From NCBI GenBank assembly GCA_030393635.1, contig GCA_030393635.1_4352.1: DNA of 44,340 nt. The stretch is one strand, 5' to 3'. This DNA comes from a phage. Shown here piece after piece: positions 14,522 to 24,084 of the stretch (within the stretch, counting starts at the first letter, position 1; each line of letters starts with the position of its first letter). A program made the position numbers and the translations under genes. The notes under the pieces are model-generated. The model was not told the origin of the DNA, made no database searches, and saw nothing but the letters and a program-made list of their open reading frames with translations.

Positions 14522-17077
14522 TTAATTAAAACCATTGCTGAATCCGTCGGAGAAACCGCGGCCGAAAGGCGCGACGCCGTCGTATTTATAGAATCCGTCG
14601 TCATAGTTGTAGCCTGTAATCTTGACCGTGCGGTCGTCGCCCGGGTCGATTGAAGAAACAACTATCTTCTGAGCATTATGCCTTGCTTCGTTGCCGAATG
14701 AAAACTCAGTTTTTAGTGCGCTATTCCCCGTATAGATTGCCTCCTCCGGCGCGGAGAGCATAATCACTTCGCGGTCGTGGCTTCCTTTGATAACAGAGAT
14801 GCTTTGCACTGAGCCATCGCGCTTCTTGAGGATGATGGAGTGGTCATCGCCGGGGGTAAACGTAACGGGCTGCGACAACGTCAGTGTAAGGCCATTAACG
14901 GCAACAACATAGCCGTCCTGTGGCGCGATGCGTGAACCTTTAACTACGCTGATTACCCCACCGGGCGTAGCCAGCGCACCCTCTTCCGTAGCTTCGAACT
15001 CTACGACAACTTTACTTAACGCGTTGCGCTGATAGCGACGCCACGCCAGCCAGTACGCTTGCTGGTAGTTGCGCACGCCCTTCGATTCATATTCCTCTGT
15101 ATTTACCCCGAGTTCTTCCGGGATATAAATCGTTTCCTGTACGTTAGTATCCGGGTCGATGTATGAGAACGACAGGCTATCGTAGGTAGTAGAATCGTTG
15201 AACGTGCGCGTCCATTTCTCTGTACCGGTAGTTTTGCTGCGGTGGGTGAACACCATCTCAGGCCCCGCAACTGGACGGTCGAAGCGCAACATAATATCCG
15301 CGCCTTTACGGTACGCTGTGCAGAACACGGCTTCCGCTATAGTCTGAACGATGTCCTGCATCGTGGTGTCGTAGTCGTCGAACGTGTAGCAGAACTGCCC
15401 CGCCAATTCACTTCCGAAATAGGACTCAATTTCTTCCTGCACGGATAGTAACTTATCCATGTTTGCCGTTGTGAGTTCCAGATTACCAACCGCCGGGTCA
15501 CGCGCCAGTCGGATTAGAGATTGCACGGCCTGCGTATTCGGCGTCATTACGGTATCGAATACCCCATTGCCGAGGTATTTGTAGCACATCTCGGTTGCAA
15601 TCATGCGCAGTTCCGGGTTGTCGATACTGGCGGCACGCGGCGTCTGTTTACGGGCACAATGTACGGTAGTTCGGTTGCCGTAGTGCGGGGTTGTGTCCAG
15701 AGACTGACCGTACAGGTTGATGAAGGTTATCTCGTCGCTTACCGTACCGTCGTAGTCTTTATCAAAATTCGTTATACGACGCATACGGGCGCGGAAACGC
15801 GATGCAGTAGGCAGTTGACCGTAGATAGACGTGCCGACGTAGTCCGTGTTGTTGCCTGTAATTGTGGCCTGTACCGTGTAAATATCGCTCAACGGGTTAC
15901 GCTGAGAGTCAATCATCTGGTACTGGAGTTCTACGGTTACGCTGGTGCGGTTATATCCGCCGTCGTATTTGTAGAGGCCGTTCTGCCCCGCGATGTTAGC
16001 GAGCACACGGTCAACCTCTCCGCGAACCATGTAATACCAGTCCGTAAGAGATACGTCATAGGTGTTGCTTGGGCCAATGAATGTATCAGAACGCTCTGTA
16101 AGTGCGTAAGTCTCTCCGCTATTAAGGTTGCCCCAGTTACCTATATCCCCGACGTACAACCTAACCTCAAAGTCGTCAACGTATAAAACCTCAAACGAGC
16201 CGTTCAGGTTAGTGACGTCAGCAACATCGAAGTTGCTAAGCACCGCGACATCACCGACGCTAAGAAACTCAGAAAAAGCAGAGTCGCCCGACGGGTCGTA
16301 GATGTAGCCTGTGGTTGAAATACGTTTAGCTGTGCCGCCGGCGCTTGGGTTAGCCCCAATGTCGTTTGGCGCCTTCAGTACAATACCATCAACGTCGTCG
16401 TTGGAGTATGTCACATAGAGTTTCTGGTCAATGACGTCGCCGATTTGTAGTTGAGGCGATGCGGTGTTGTTCGGGGAAGTATACGGCGCATACACGGCAA
16501 CAGAGGAGCCTGTGATGTCGCTTATCAGGGTGTCGCCTTCTGTGACGCCATCCGCCTCAATATGCAGATGTCCGCGCCCTGCGTCGTAGTACGAATACTC
16601 CAGCAACGCACCAGTGGAGTTGAACGCCTTGTACGTCTGCATCAGGTCATTAGGGATTGTCTGCACAGTTCCGCAAATATCGTAGGAACGCTCGTAAGGA
16701 CGCGGCTTGTTGGAGCGGTCTGTGAGGCTGTTATTCGGCGATGTTGTCTGGTTGTTAGTCGCCGTGTAGTTGGCGTTGGCGGCCGTGTTCAGACCAAACA
16801 ACTTGGCAATTGGCTTAAGGATAAAACCGAACACCTTACTAACAGCACCAAGCGCCCCGCTACCGGCGCCCTCAATAATGTGGTACACGGCGTCTTCGTC
16901 TTTAAGCGCATCGAAGTCGTCAGTTACGTCGGTATCATCACCAATCTCACCGAGGTAGACTCGCACAGGCACGCCGTCGGGAATACGGTTAACGACAAAC
17001 TCCATCGGCATCCCGACGTGTTTTGTACGGTCGAAAGCGCCGTCGGCGTTTCGCGTGTAGTGCAGGATTATCGCCAA
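14522..17077 (-). CDS. Tail tip / central fibre protein (lambda gpJ-like)
   Basis: 851-aa ORF at the end of the L/M/K-like minor tail gene series. Confidence 0.6.
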   Translation of the reverse strand: MAIILHYTRNADGAFDRTKHVGMPMEFVVNRIPDGVPVRVYLGEIGDDTDVTDDFDALKDEDAVYHIIEGAGSGALGAVSKVFGFILKPIAKLFGLNTAANANYTATNNQTTSPNNSLTDRSNKPRPYERSYDICGTVQTIPNDLMQTYKAFNSTGALLEYSYYDAGRGHLHIEADGVTEGDTLISDITGSSVAVYAPYTSPNNTASPQLQIGDVIDQKLYVTYSNDDVDGIVLKAPNDIGANPSAGGTAKRISTTGYIYDPSGDSAFSEFLSVGDVAVLSNFDVADVTNLNGSFEVLYVDDFEVRLYVGDIGNWGNLNSGETYALTERSDTFIGPSNTYDVSLTDWYYMVRGEVDRVLANIAGQNGLYKYDGGYNRTSVTVELQYQMIDSQRNPLSDIYTVQATITGNNTDYVGTSIYGQLPTASRFRARMRRITNFDKDYDGTVSDEITFINLYGQSLDTTPHYGNRTTVHCARKQTPRAASIDNPELRMIATEMCYKYLGNGVFDTVMTPNTQAVQSLIRLARDPAVGNLELTTANMDKLLSVQEEIESYFGSELAGQFCYTFDDYDTTMQDIVQTIAEAVFCTAYRKGADIMLRFDRPVAGPEMVFTHRSKTTGTEKWTRTFNDSTTYDSLSFSYIDPDTNVQETIYIPEELGVNTEEYESKGVRNYQQAYWLAWRRYQRNALSKVVVEFEATEEGALATPGGVISVVKGSRIAPQDGYVVAVNGLTLTLSQPVTFTPGDDHSIILKKRDGSVQSISVIKGSHDREVIMLSAPEEAIYTGNSALKTEFSFGNEARHNAQKIVVSSIDPGDDRTVKITGYNYDDGFYKYDGVAPFGRGFSDGFSNGFN

Positions 17078-17433
17078 AATTCAATCTCCGTGTACGTGTC
17101 TTTTAGGTCCGCCAGCCTGTCAAGCCGTACCTGACGGGACGCAAGTTCACAATGACTTACCATTCCGTCGAAGTAAACTCCTGCGTGCCATATGATACGA
17201 CCCCCACGGCGATAGCCCATAAGCACCGCACAGAAGTCTTCAGGCTTATCAATTTTTGTAAGCCCCTTCGTGTTGCGATGCCCTTCGTCAAACGCTTCGT
17301 TAATCGCCGTTGGGCTTGTAACGTCAAACGCAGGGGTTTCTAACCCGGCATCCGCGCGGACAATGCGCACGTGATGCCAGCAATTGCGTTTGCGAAAGTC
17401 GTAAGGTATGCCCGTGTAGTCGTTAATATTCAT
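17068..17433 (-). CDS. Tail assembly protein (lambda gpK-like, NlpC/P60-type Cys/His)
   Basis: 121-aa ORF; RKRNCWHHV motif; position between L-like and J-like genes. Confidence 0.5.
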   Translation of the reverse strand: MNINDYTGIPYDFRKRNCWHHVRIVRADAGLETPAFDVTSPTAINEAFDEGHRNTKGLTKIDKPEDFCAVLMGYRRGGRIIWHAGVYFDGMVSHCELASRQVRLDRLADLKDTYTEIEFWR

Positions 17434-17960
17434 GTGGTCAACAGGCCGCGTAATAACGGTATCTCTTTAGGTGTCATCAGTATACCAGTGCTTCGTTGGT
17501 TCAGCATAGGTGTACCGACATCCGCGGAGAACTCGCCCTTCTCCTGGTTGATGGCCTGTAACTCGTACACGACAGGACCATCTGCGGGGTACGACAGGTC
17601 GGTGCTGACGTAGCGCCGGAAGATGAACTTCGGCAACTCGGTATTACTCATCGGAATTTTGTCCATCTCATCGTCAAGTTGATTTAGGATATCCGGTAAA
17701 GTAAATGTCGTTGTCTGGTCCATGTCACTGTTGTTAGCTGCCCCGGATGCTTCCATCGGGGTAGGTTCAAACGTGATTGTTTCGCCCGTCTCCAGTGTTG
17801 CCGTAAGTTCCTGCAGCCCGCGCACAAGATAGTACGTCTTCGACAGTAACGGGTGACTGATTTGCAACGTGATGTAATCCATCTCGCCGTCGGGGTTTGA
17901 GGCCAGCTTACGGCGATAGGCTGCTTCTACTGATTCCTGACTCATTGCATCGGGTCCCAA
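17430..17960 (-). CDS. Minor tail protein (gpL-like)
   Basis: 176-aa ORF, position-based. Confidence 0.5.
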   Translation of the reverse strand: MGPDAMSQESVEAAYRRKLASNPDGEMDYITLQISHPLLSKTYYLVRGLQELTATLETGETITFEPTPMEASGAANNSDMDQTTTFTLPDILNQLDDEMDKIPMSNTELPKFIFRRYVSTDLSYPADGPVVYELQAINQEKGEFSADVGTPMLNQRSTGILMTPKEIPLLRGLLTT

Positions 17961-18442
17961 ATTCGTGGAAACGTTGATTGCGCGGTTCCATAGGCTTTAA
18001 GGAAACATCCCAGCCCGTCGCCGTAGCAGCCATACAAATCAGGCAGATTGTTAATCAGGCACTGGTTCTCAGGGTCCTGGAACGGGGATTTCTCGGCGGT
18101 TGCCGTGAAAGTAATTGTCCAGTTAATGCCGTCTTCGGTGGACTCAGCGATGGTGGACGTAATGGTTACCTGATAATCCTGAATACCCATGCCGAAGTCA
18201 TGCGCCATCCAGAAACTTGACGCACCGCCATCGACTTTCTCAAGGAACGACAGAAACGCCTGCCGCCCTAGTGCTGAGGTAATCAGGGTTACGCTTATTG
18301 GGAACACGTCGTAATACGTGTCGCGACCCTGACGCACCCCGCCACCGGCTAAATCAACGCTCCAGACGTTGTTACGTCTGGTCATTGAGTAGCCTTTTGA
18401 CACCACCGGCTTAAGGCTACGTGGAAAAAATAAGTCAGTCAT
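17942..18442 (-). CDS. Minor tail protein (gpM-like)
   Basis: 166-aa ORF directly downstream of the tape measure gene. Confidence 0.5.
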   Translation of the reverse strand: MTDLFFPRSLKPVVSKGYSMTRRNNVWSVDLAGGGVRQGRDTYYDVFPISVTLITSALGRQAFLSFLEKVDGGASSFWMAHDFGMGIQDYQVTITSTIAESTEDGINWTITFTATAEKSPFQDPENQCLINNLPDLYGCYGDGLGCFLKAYGTAQSTFPRIWDPMQ

Positions 18443-20730
18443 TATTTGAACCCCGGCGCATTTCTTGTGGCCTTTCGGGCCTTGCTAATCTTACTGTTGC
18501 TGTTCTGCAAAGAGGCCGCCACTTGCTCTTCTATGATGATGCGCAAACGGCCTTCATCATCCTGCTCAGTGGATACGTTGCCGATTTGAGAACTCGTGTT
18601 GTTTACGATGGTAACATTAGACGGTCCAGAAGAAGACCCGTTTTGCCCCATAATTTCTTTCATCTGCTGCGCAGTTCGTACGCGAGATGCGCCTGCTGGC
18701 ATGATAACTTCTGGTTTACCACGTTCGGCGATGGTGGAAGCCTGCCCCGCGGATAACTGACCGCCCTGTTCACGGGCGGACCTGATAGCGGAAATCTGCG
18801 CCATACCCGCCCCAACGGCAGCGGCGGCAGCTACAGGAGCCAGGAACGGACCGACTACAGGGATAGCTGCTGTGGACTTGTACGCCTCAATAGCTGCGGT
18901 GTACGTGGCTATGGTGGCCTGTACGATAGCAAATGCCTTGTACGCACCAGAAGCCTCACCCAACGCAGACCCGATGTTTGAAGCCATGTTACCAAAGGCG
19001 GTTGCCGTTGCGTCGGCACGCTTTGTGGCGTACTGCTCGTTGATGGCGTTAAGCGCAGCCTGATACTGCTTCTCGCTAATCAGACCCTGCTCACGGTACT
19101 TATCGGCTACCGCCAGTTTCTGCTGTTCCTGGATGTCTAGAAGCTCAAGTTCAGTAGCGTTCTGGCCCATAATCTGAGCCATGAAGTCGTCACCTTTCTG
19201 CTGCTTTTCCTGGGCTTCTTTCTGGCGTTTATCCAGTTCATCTTGGCGTTTTTGCCCTGCTTCAAGGACAATAGCCGTTTTTGCTTGCTCGTATTCTTTC
19301 AGAGACAACGCGCCCTGGCTGTAGAACTCTTTTGCCTTAGCAAGTTTCTGCTTTTCCTGCGCGTCAATAGCCTTTATCTCGTCGTTGTTCTGACGGGCCA
19401 AAGTGTCGAGATAATCTTGCGCCTGATTCCGCAACTGCTCAGCTTTCTTAGCGGCTGCTTTTGCCGCTTTATCGTCGGCGTTTCCGGTGTTGCCAGTTCC
19501 GCCTTTTTTATTAACAAGGCTGGCTAAGTCAATTTCTTGCTTCTTGCGCTCGTCGTACTGCTTGCGCTGTTCCTCAATTTCTTTCTTACGCTGTTTAGAC
19601 CTGTTGGTAATGGCCTGTGATTCGGCCTCTGCGCGTTTTATGCTGGCGGCGTATGCGGCGTCGGCTTCTGCGGTCAGGTTTTTAAATGTTAGCGCTGCCG
19701 TTTTGCTCGGGTCGAACACGTCGGCAAGGGTCTGGCCTAACGCTACGGCGTAATCGTCAATGCGCTGGAACCACGCGATAACCTCGTGGAATGTCTGCTG
19801 GATGTCAGGCAGCCACTCTCGGATGGCGTCAGGGATAGTTCCCAGCGAGTCGGACATATCCACGGATTTGTCCTCGGTATCGTATGCCAGGTCGTTTAAG
19901 GCATCAGAAATAAACTTGAACGATTCATTGAACAGTGTCACCCAATCCTGGAGTGTAGCGGCTATCTCATTAGACGCGATGGCGTCGGTAAGCGCCGTGA
20001 TAGCGTCTTCTGCCTTCGCGGCTTGCTCACCTACGGCGTCGCCGAAACCTGATTGCGCCACCGCAAGTACAAGGCCGTCAAAGGAGTCCGCGAGGCTAGA
20101 TAACTGCCCGTCAAGGGTTTTCGAACGCGTTTCCATCGCCCCGGCGAAATCAGTGTTACCGATGTTTAGCAGGTATTTCTGAATCTCTTCGGAGTTCTTC
20201 TTAACGGTAGTCGTTACGCCACGGAACGTGAAAGAAACCGTATCCGCCTGTTGCGACGACTTGATACCAAACTCTTTCAGTCGCTCAAACTCAAAGGTAC
20301 TGGCGTCCGCCACGGCCTCAATCATCTGATTAAGGTCTTTACCCATAGCGGCCGCGGTATTGCCGTAAGAGATTAACGCCTCTTTGCTTGGGTTCAGGCC
20401 GAGGGCCACCAGCTTAGTAAAGCCTTCCACCGCCTGGTTAAGACCATATGGGGTTTCTTTTGCGAACTGTTGCAGGACGCTGAAAGCCTTAGCCGCGTTA
20501 TCAGCGCTCCCGGTCATCGTGATGAGGCCGGAATTCAGCTTATCGAAGTTGCGCTGGGAGTCCACCAGCGCACTGAACACCTGCTTAGCGGTTTCCAGAC
20601 TGACGACGGCAGCAGCAGCGGCCCCAGCCGCCTTAGTAAGCCCGTTCAGTTGTGATGTGGTTTTATCGACGCCGGTCGATGATACTCGTACTATCAAGCT
20701 AGCGGTATCAGCCATGATTTCTACCTTCAA
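18442..20730 (-). CDS. Tail tape measure protein
   Basis: 762-aa ORF, strongly alpha-helical and A/Q/K/E-rich, downstream of the chaperone pair. Confidence 0.85.
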   Translation of the reverse strand: MKVEIMADTASLIVRVSSTGVDKTTSQLNGLTKAAGAAAAAVVSLETAKQVFSALVDSQRNFDKLNSGLITMTGSADNAAKAFSVLQQFAKETPYGLNQAVEGFTKLVALGLNPSKEALISYGNTAAAMGKDLNQMIEAVADASTFEFERLKEFGIKSSQQADTVSFTFRGVTTTVKKNSEEIQKYLLNIGNTDFAGAMETRSKTLDGQLSSLADSFDGLVLAVAQSGFGDAVGEQAAKAEDAITALTDAIASNEIAATLQDWVTLFNESFKFISDALNDLAYDTEDKSVDMSDSLGTIPDAIREWLPDIQQTFHEVIAWFQRIDDYAVALGQTLADVFDPSKTAALTFKNLTAEADAAYAASIKRAEAESQAITNRSKQRKKEIEEQRKQYDERKKQEIDLASLVNKKGGTGNTGNADDKAAKAAAKKAEQLRNQAQDYLDTLARQNNDEIKAIDAQEKQKLAKAKEFYSQGALSLKEYEQAKTAIVLEAGQKRQDELDKRQKEAQEKQQKGDDFMAQIMGQNATELELLDIQEQQKLAVADKYREQGLISEKQYQAALNAINEQYATKRADATATAFGNMASNIGSALGEASGAYKAFAIVQATIATYTAAIEAYKSTAAIPVVGPFLAPVAAAAAVGAGMAQISAIRSAREQGGQLSAGQASTIAERGKPEVIMPAGASRVRTAQQMKEIMGQNGSSSGPSNVTIVNNTSSQIGNVSTEQDDEGRLRIIIEEQVAASLQNSNSKISKARKATRNAPGFK

Positions 20731-21103
20731 AGATTGCTTCTAAGCCCATGATAATGTCTATCTCGAACAGGCTAAGCTGTTTTTGCGTAACATCGAGATA
20801 GGCTTTCAGGTCTTGCCACGTAACGGATTCTCTTGCAAACAATACTACAGCGTCCTCGCGCACGTGTCGCGTAAACTTAATGTCGCAATACGTCTCAAAG
20901 GTGGATATAAAAAGGGGCGGGCATTCCGGCCCACCCCGTCGCGCTGCACGTTTTTTCTTATCGATTACACCCATCGCGATAAGCGCCTGTTCGTGTCCGT
21001 CGGCTATAGAATCAAACTCTCTGATTTTATGCTTATCCACAAACTCGTAGGTGGCGAACCTGTACAGCGCGTCTACTTTTCCTGTAATGCTTTGCGCTCG
21101 GCG
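20708..21103 (-). CDS. Tail assembly chaperone T-frame (possible G-T -1 frameshift extension)
   Basis: ORF 20708..21040 is in the -1 frame relative to the upstream chaperone and stays open upstream to 21103, overlapping its last codons; AGGAAAAG lies in the overlap. Confidence 0.45.
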   Translation of the reverse strand, partial: RRAQSITGKVDALYRFATYEFVDKHKIREFDSIADGHEQALIAMGVIDKKKRAARRGGPECPPLFISTFETYCDIKFTRHVREDAVVLFARESVTWQDLKAYLDVTQKQLSLFEIDIIMGLEAIFEGRNHG

Positions 21104-21489
21104 TTATGGAACGCCGCCACCTGTGTACCCAATGCCTTGAACTGATCCAGCAATTTGTTAAGCGCTTCCTTAGAGAAAGGCTCATCAAAGCTCCAGCCGT
21201 TTACGACTTCCGACGCGAGTTGTCGGTTGAGGTCTTCCGCCAGTTCGTTAACCGCCAGGTTATATTCAGTATAGTCGCCGGATTCTTTGGAGGCTTTTTC
21301 CAGTTCTTCAAAACGCGCCAACCCGCGGCGGTACGCGATAATGAAAGCCCGCCCCGCTTTAACGGCGGCATCCGCATCAGGGCCTACAACATTAAGCCAC
21401 TCACCGGAGTCTTCGCCGTTTGGTAGCAGAATCGGCATCTTCTTGCCTACCAGTGCTTTCTCTTCGAAATAAAAATCAGAAAGTTTCAT
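21073..21489 (-). CDS. Tail assembly chaperone (gpG-like)
   Basis: 138-aa ORF immediately upstream of the T-frame ORF and tape measure gene. Confidence 0.55.
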   Translation of the reverse strand: MKLSDFYFEEKALVGKKMPILLPNGEDSGEWLNVVGPDADAAVKAGRAFIIAYRRGLARFEELEKASKESGDYTEYNLAVNELAEDLNRQLASEVVNGWSFDEPFSKEALNKLLDQFKALGTQVAAFHNAERKALQEK

Positions 21490-21596
21490 TCTTTAATCCT
21501 TTGGTTAAGAGGTTACTGGTTGATGGTGTTGCGCCAGACGGGAACCACCCGCTTTTCGTGTGCGACACTAGGCGCAAAATTATTCTATCACATTAC

Positions 21597-21626
21597 TTGC
21601 GCGCCCCAATATAATAGGGTACTATT
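21597..21626 (+). promoter_or_regulatory. Promoter with embedded palindromic operator, upstream of the Imm-like gene
   Basis: TTGCGC, 17-bp spacer, TACTAT; palindrome AATAG-GGTA-CTATT (21613-21626). Confidence 0.6.
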
Positions 21627-21655
21627 CACTTACACCGACAACGAAGGGGTTTAAA

Positions 21656-21847
21656 ATGTCAAGTTTACCGGTTTCCCTAATTCTATTTGCGCTGCTCGCT
21701 TATTTCGCACCTTTCCTGGTTGCGTATTTCCGCAACCATAAAGCGAAGTTGGCGATATTCATGGCCAATCTGTTTCTTGGTTGGATTCTGCTGCCGTGGG
21801 TCTTTATTTTAATCTGGGCATGCAACTCGAATGTTAACGAGAAGTGA
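21656..21847 (+). CDS. Superinfection-immunity-like small membrane protein
   Basis: 63-aa ORF with two transmembrane segments and NLFLGWILLPW, reminiscent of Imm-type proteins. Confidence 0.5.
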   Translation: MSSLPVSLILFALLAYFAPFLVAYFRNHKAKLAIFMANLFLGWILLPWVFILIWACNSNVNEK

Positions 21848-21885
21848 GCTAGTATAGGACAAATCCTAAACACGAGGAAGTAAGC

Positions 21886-23016
21886 ATGGCCCGGAAGAAA
21901 ATAACCGACGAACAATTACAGGAAGAATTGAACGCCGGAGTTAAAACTATCGATATAGCCCGTAAATATGGCATCTCAGACCGCGTTATTCGTATCCGTA
22001 AAGCGAAGCTGGCTAAGAAAGGCGTAGGCCACGGGCGCGACGTTAGCCACCTTGTCCCGGACGGCTACAAGATTAAAGGAACGTCGTCACTTGTAGACGA
22101 GTTCGGCAACACTAAGTTGCAATGGGTTAAGACCGATACTGACGCCGAACGTCAGGTCGAGTTAATGAAAGCCGTAATTGAGGGCATGAAGTCAGAGATT
22201 ACGCCCGTTGCTCCTGTTAAAGCCACCCGTTCCAAACGCGACGATAAACTACTCAATCTTTACACCGTGTCTGACTTTCATCTCGGTATGCTGGCCTGGG
22301 CCGACGAGAGCGGCGACGACTGGGATATGAAAATCGCGGAGGGCCTGTTCTCCCGATGGTTCGACGAGGCGTTTCAGAAAGCGCCGGACGCTGGGACCGG
22401 AGTTATTAACCTGCTAGGCGACTTCGCGCACTTCGATAGTCTGGTTGCCGTTACACCTGCAAGCGGTCACGCTCTTGACGCCGACACCCGTTATCAGAAA
22501 CTTGTCCGCTACATGATTCGTATGGTCCGCCGTGTTGTCGATATGGCGCTGGTTAAGCATAAAACTGTTCGCTTGCTTATTGTGCAAGGGAACCACGACG
22601 AAAGCGGAATGATTTGGTTAGCTGAGATGTTCAGTACGCTGTACGACAATGAGCCTCGTGTGTTCGTCGATACGTCGCCGGATGTTTACAAGATGGTGCA
22701 ACACGGCAAAACGACGCTGTTCTTTCATCACGGCCATAAGGCGCGATTCGACGCTATCGAACCGGTTATGATTGCCAAGTTCCGCAAAGCGTTCGGCGAG
22801 AGTGTTTACAGCTACGCCCACGTAGGCCACCTGCACCACCAGAAGGTTGTAGAAAGCCGTAACATGATTGTTGAGCAACACCGCACCTTAGCGGCCAAAG
22901 ACGCCTACGCCTCCCGTGGCGGATGGATGTCGGGCCGTAGTGCAAATGTAATTACTTATAGCGCCGAATACGGCGAGGTCGCGCGTTTAACTATTTCACC
23001 GGAGATGCTGGGATGA
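21886..23016 (+). CDS. Calcineurin-like metallophosphoesterase with N-terminal HTH
   Basis: 376-aa ORF; metal-binding GNHDE, FHHGHKA and HVGHLHH motifs; N-terminal IDIARKYGISDRVIRIRK HTH-like segment. Confidence 0.65.
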   Translation: MARKKITDEQLQEELNAGVKTIDIARKYGISDRVIRIRKAKLAKKGVGHGRDVSHLVPDGYKIKGTSSLVDEFGNTKLQWVKTDTDAERQVELMKAVIEGMKSEITPVAPVKATRSKRDDKLLNLYTVSDFHLGMLAWADESGDDWDMKIAEGLFSRWFDEAFQKAPDAGTGVINLLGDFAHFDSLVAVTPASGHALDADTRYQKLVRYMIRMVRRVVDMALVKHKTVRLLIVQGNHDESGMIWLAEMFSTLYDNEPRVFVDTSPDVYKMVQHGKTTLFFHHGHKARFDAIEPVMIAKFRKAFGESVYSYAHVGHLHHQKVVESRNMIVEQHRTLAAKDAYASRGGWMSGRSANVITYSAEYGEVARLTISPEMLG

Positions 23017-23498
23017 AAGATATTGTAATTTTCGATTTAGACGGGACATTAGCAGATGGTACACATCGTTTACACCTGCTGCCGAAAGATAACTACGGTG
23101 AAACATGGGCTTGGAAGCCTTTTAACATGGCGTGCAAAGATGATGAGCCAATTAGAGATAATATCGAACTATGTAACGCCCTTAATCGGCGATACGCCGT
23201 TATTATTTTAACCGGTCGCAGTGATGATGCAGAAAAAGAAACCAGAATGTGGCTGCAGCGCCACCGCGTCGAATTTTATAAGCTAATCATGCGCAGCAAA
23301 CACGACAACAGAAAAGACATCGTAATTAAAGAAGAGGTGTTACGTGCTATCGGGCTGGAAAGAATATTGTGCGCATTCGACGACTCTCCGGCGGTAATAA
23401 AGCATTTCCGCGGACTCGGTATAACCACTCACGCGGTTACTGAATACGACTGTAACGGGAATTCTACACACTTAAAATCACACGGGAGCGATAAATAA
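23013..23498 (+). CDS. HAD-superfamily phosphatase / nucleotidase
   Basis: 161-aa ORF; N-terminal FDLDGTL (DxDGT) catalytic motif. Confidence 0.65.
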   Translation: MKDIVIFDLDGTLADGTHRLHLLPKDNYGETWAWKPFNMACKDDEPIRDNIELCNALNRRYAVIILTGRSDDAEKETRMWLQRHRVEFYKLIMRSKHDNRKDIVIKEEVLRAIGLERILCAFDDSPAVIKHFRGLGITTHAVTEYDCNGNSTHLKSHGSDK

Positions 23499-24052
23499 TG
23501 GCTAAGGTAATTATTCTTAATGGCCCGGCGGGTTGTGGGAAAGACACACTTGCTATGGCGCTGGTAGAAATGGGCTTTGCGAAGGGAACTACCAGTTTCA
23601 AGAATCCAATGTTCAATATCGCTCTGGCGGCGTTAGGCCCGGATGCTTACCACGAGTTTCTCGACGGCTACGACGACCGGGCGCGGAAAGAAAAGCCAGA
23701 AGGTTTCCTTAATGGTTTGTCGCGACGTCAGTTCATGATTGCTATCTCTGAACAGTTCATTAAACCGGTTCTAGGCAGCGATTATTTCGGTAAGTATCTT
23801 GCTGAAAACTTGCCCGACGGCGATGACGTTTTTGTAGTGTCGGATGGCGGGTTCGCCAGCGAAGTAGCCCCTATCGTCGCCGCAGGTCATGATGTAAGAA
23901 TCGTTCGCTTGCACCGAGACGGCTATACGTTTGACGGTGATAGCCGCGGTTACCTGTACGATGTTGGCGGTGATGAAGATTATGATGTATACATCATACC
24001 TGGTGACGTTAAATCTAACGTTATAGACATTGCTTTAAAATTAGGTTTGTAA
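23498..24052 (+). CDS. Deoxynucleoside monophosphate kinase (T4 gp1-like)
   Basis: 184-aa ORF; P-loop GPAGCGKDT and YDVYIIPGD segment resembling T4 dNMP kinase. Confidence 0.6.
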   Translation: MAKVIILNGPAGCGKDTLAMALVEMGFAKGTTSFKNPMFNIALAALGPDAYHEFLDGYDDRARKEKPEGFLNGLSRRQFMIAISEQFIKPVLGSDYFGKYLAENLPDGDDVFVVSDGGFASEVAPIVAAGHDVRIVRLHRDGYTFDGDSRGYLYDVGGDEDYDVYIIPGDVKSNVIDIALKLGL

Positions 24053-24053
24053 G

Positions 24054-24084
24054 AAAAAGGCCCCAAACGGGGCCTTAGTTTTAT
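24054..24084. terminator. Bidirectional intrinsic terminator
   Basis: AGGCCCC-aaac-GGGGCCT stem with flanking A- and T-runs between convergent genes. Confidence 0.7.

Noticed and set aside
15521-17134. Plus-strand ORFs of 221 and 227 aa
   Set aside because: Antisense to the 851-aa tail tip gene; valine/arginine-rich composition typical of shadow ORFs.
18872-20743. Several plus-strand ORFs of 63-140 aa
   Set aside because: Antisense to the tape measure gene; low-complexity translations.
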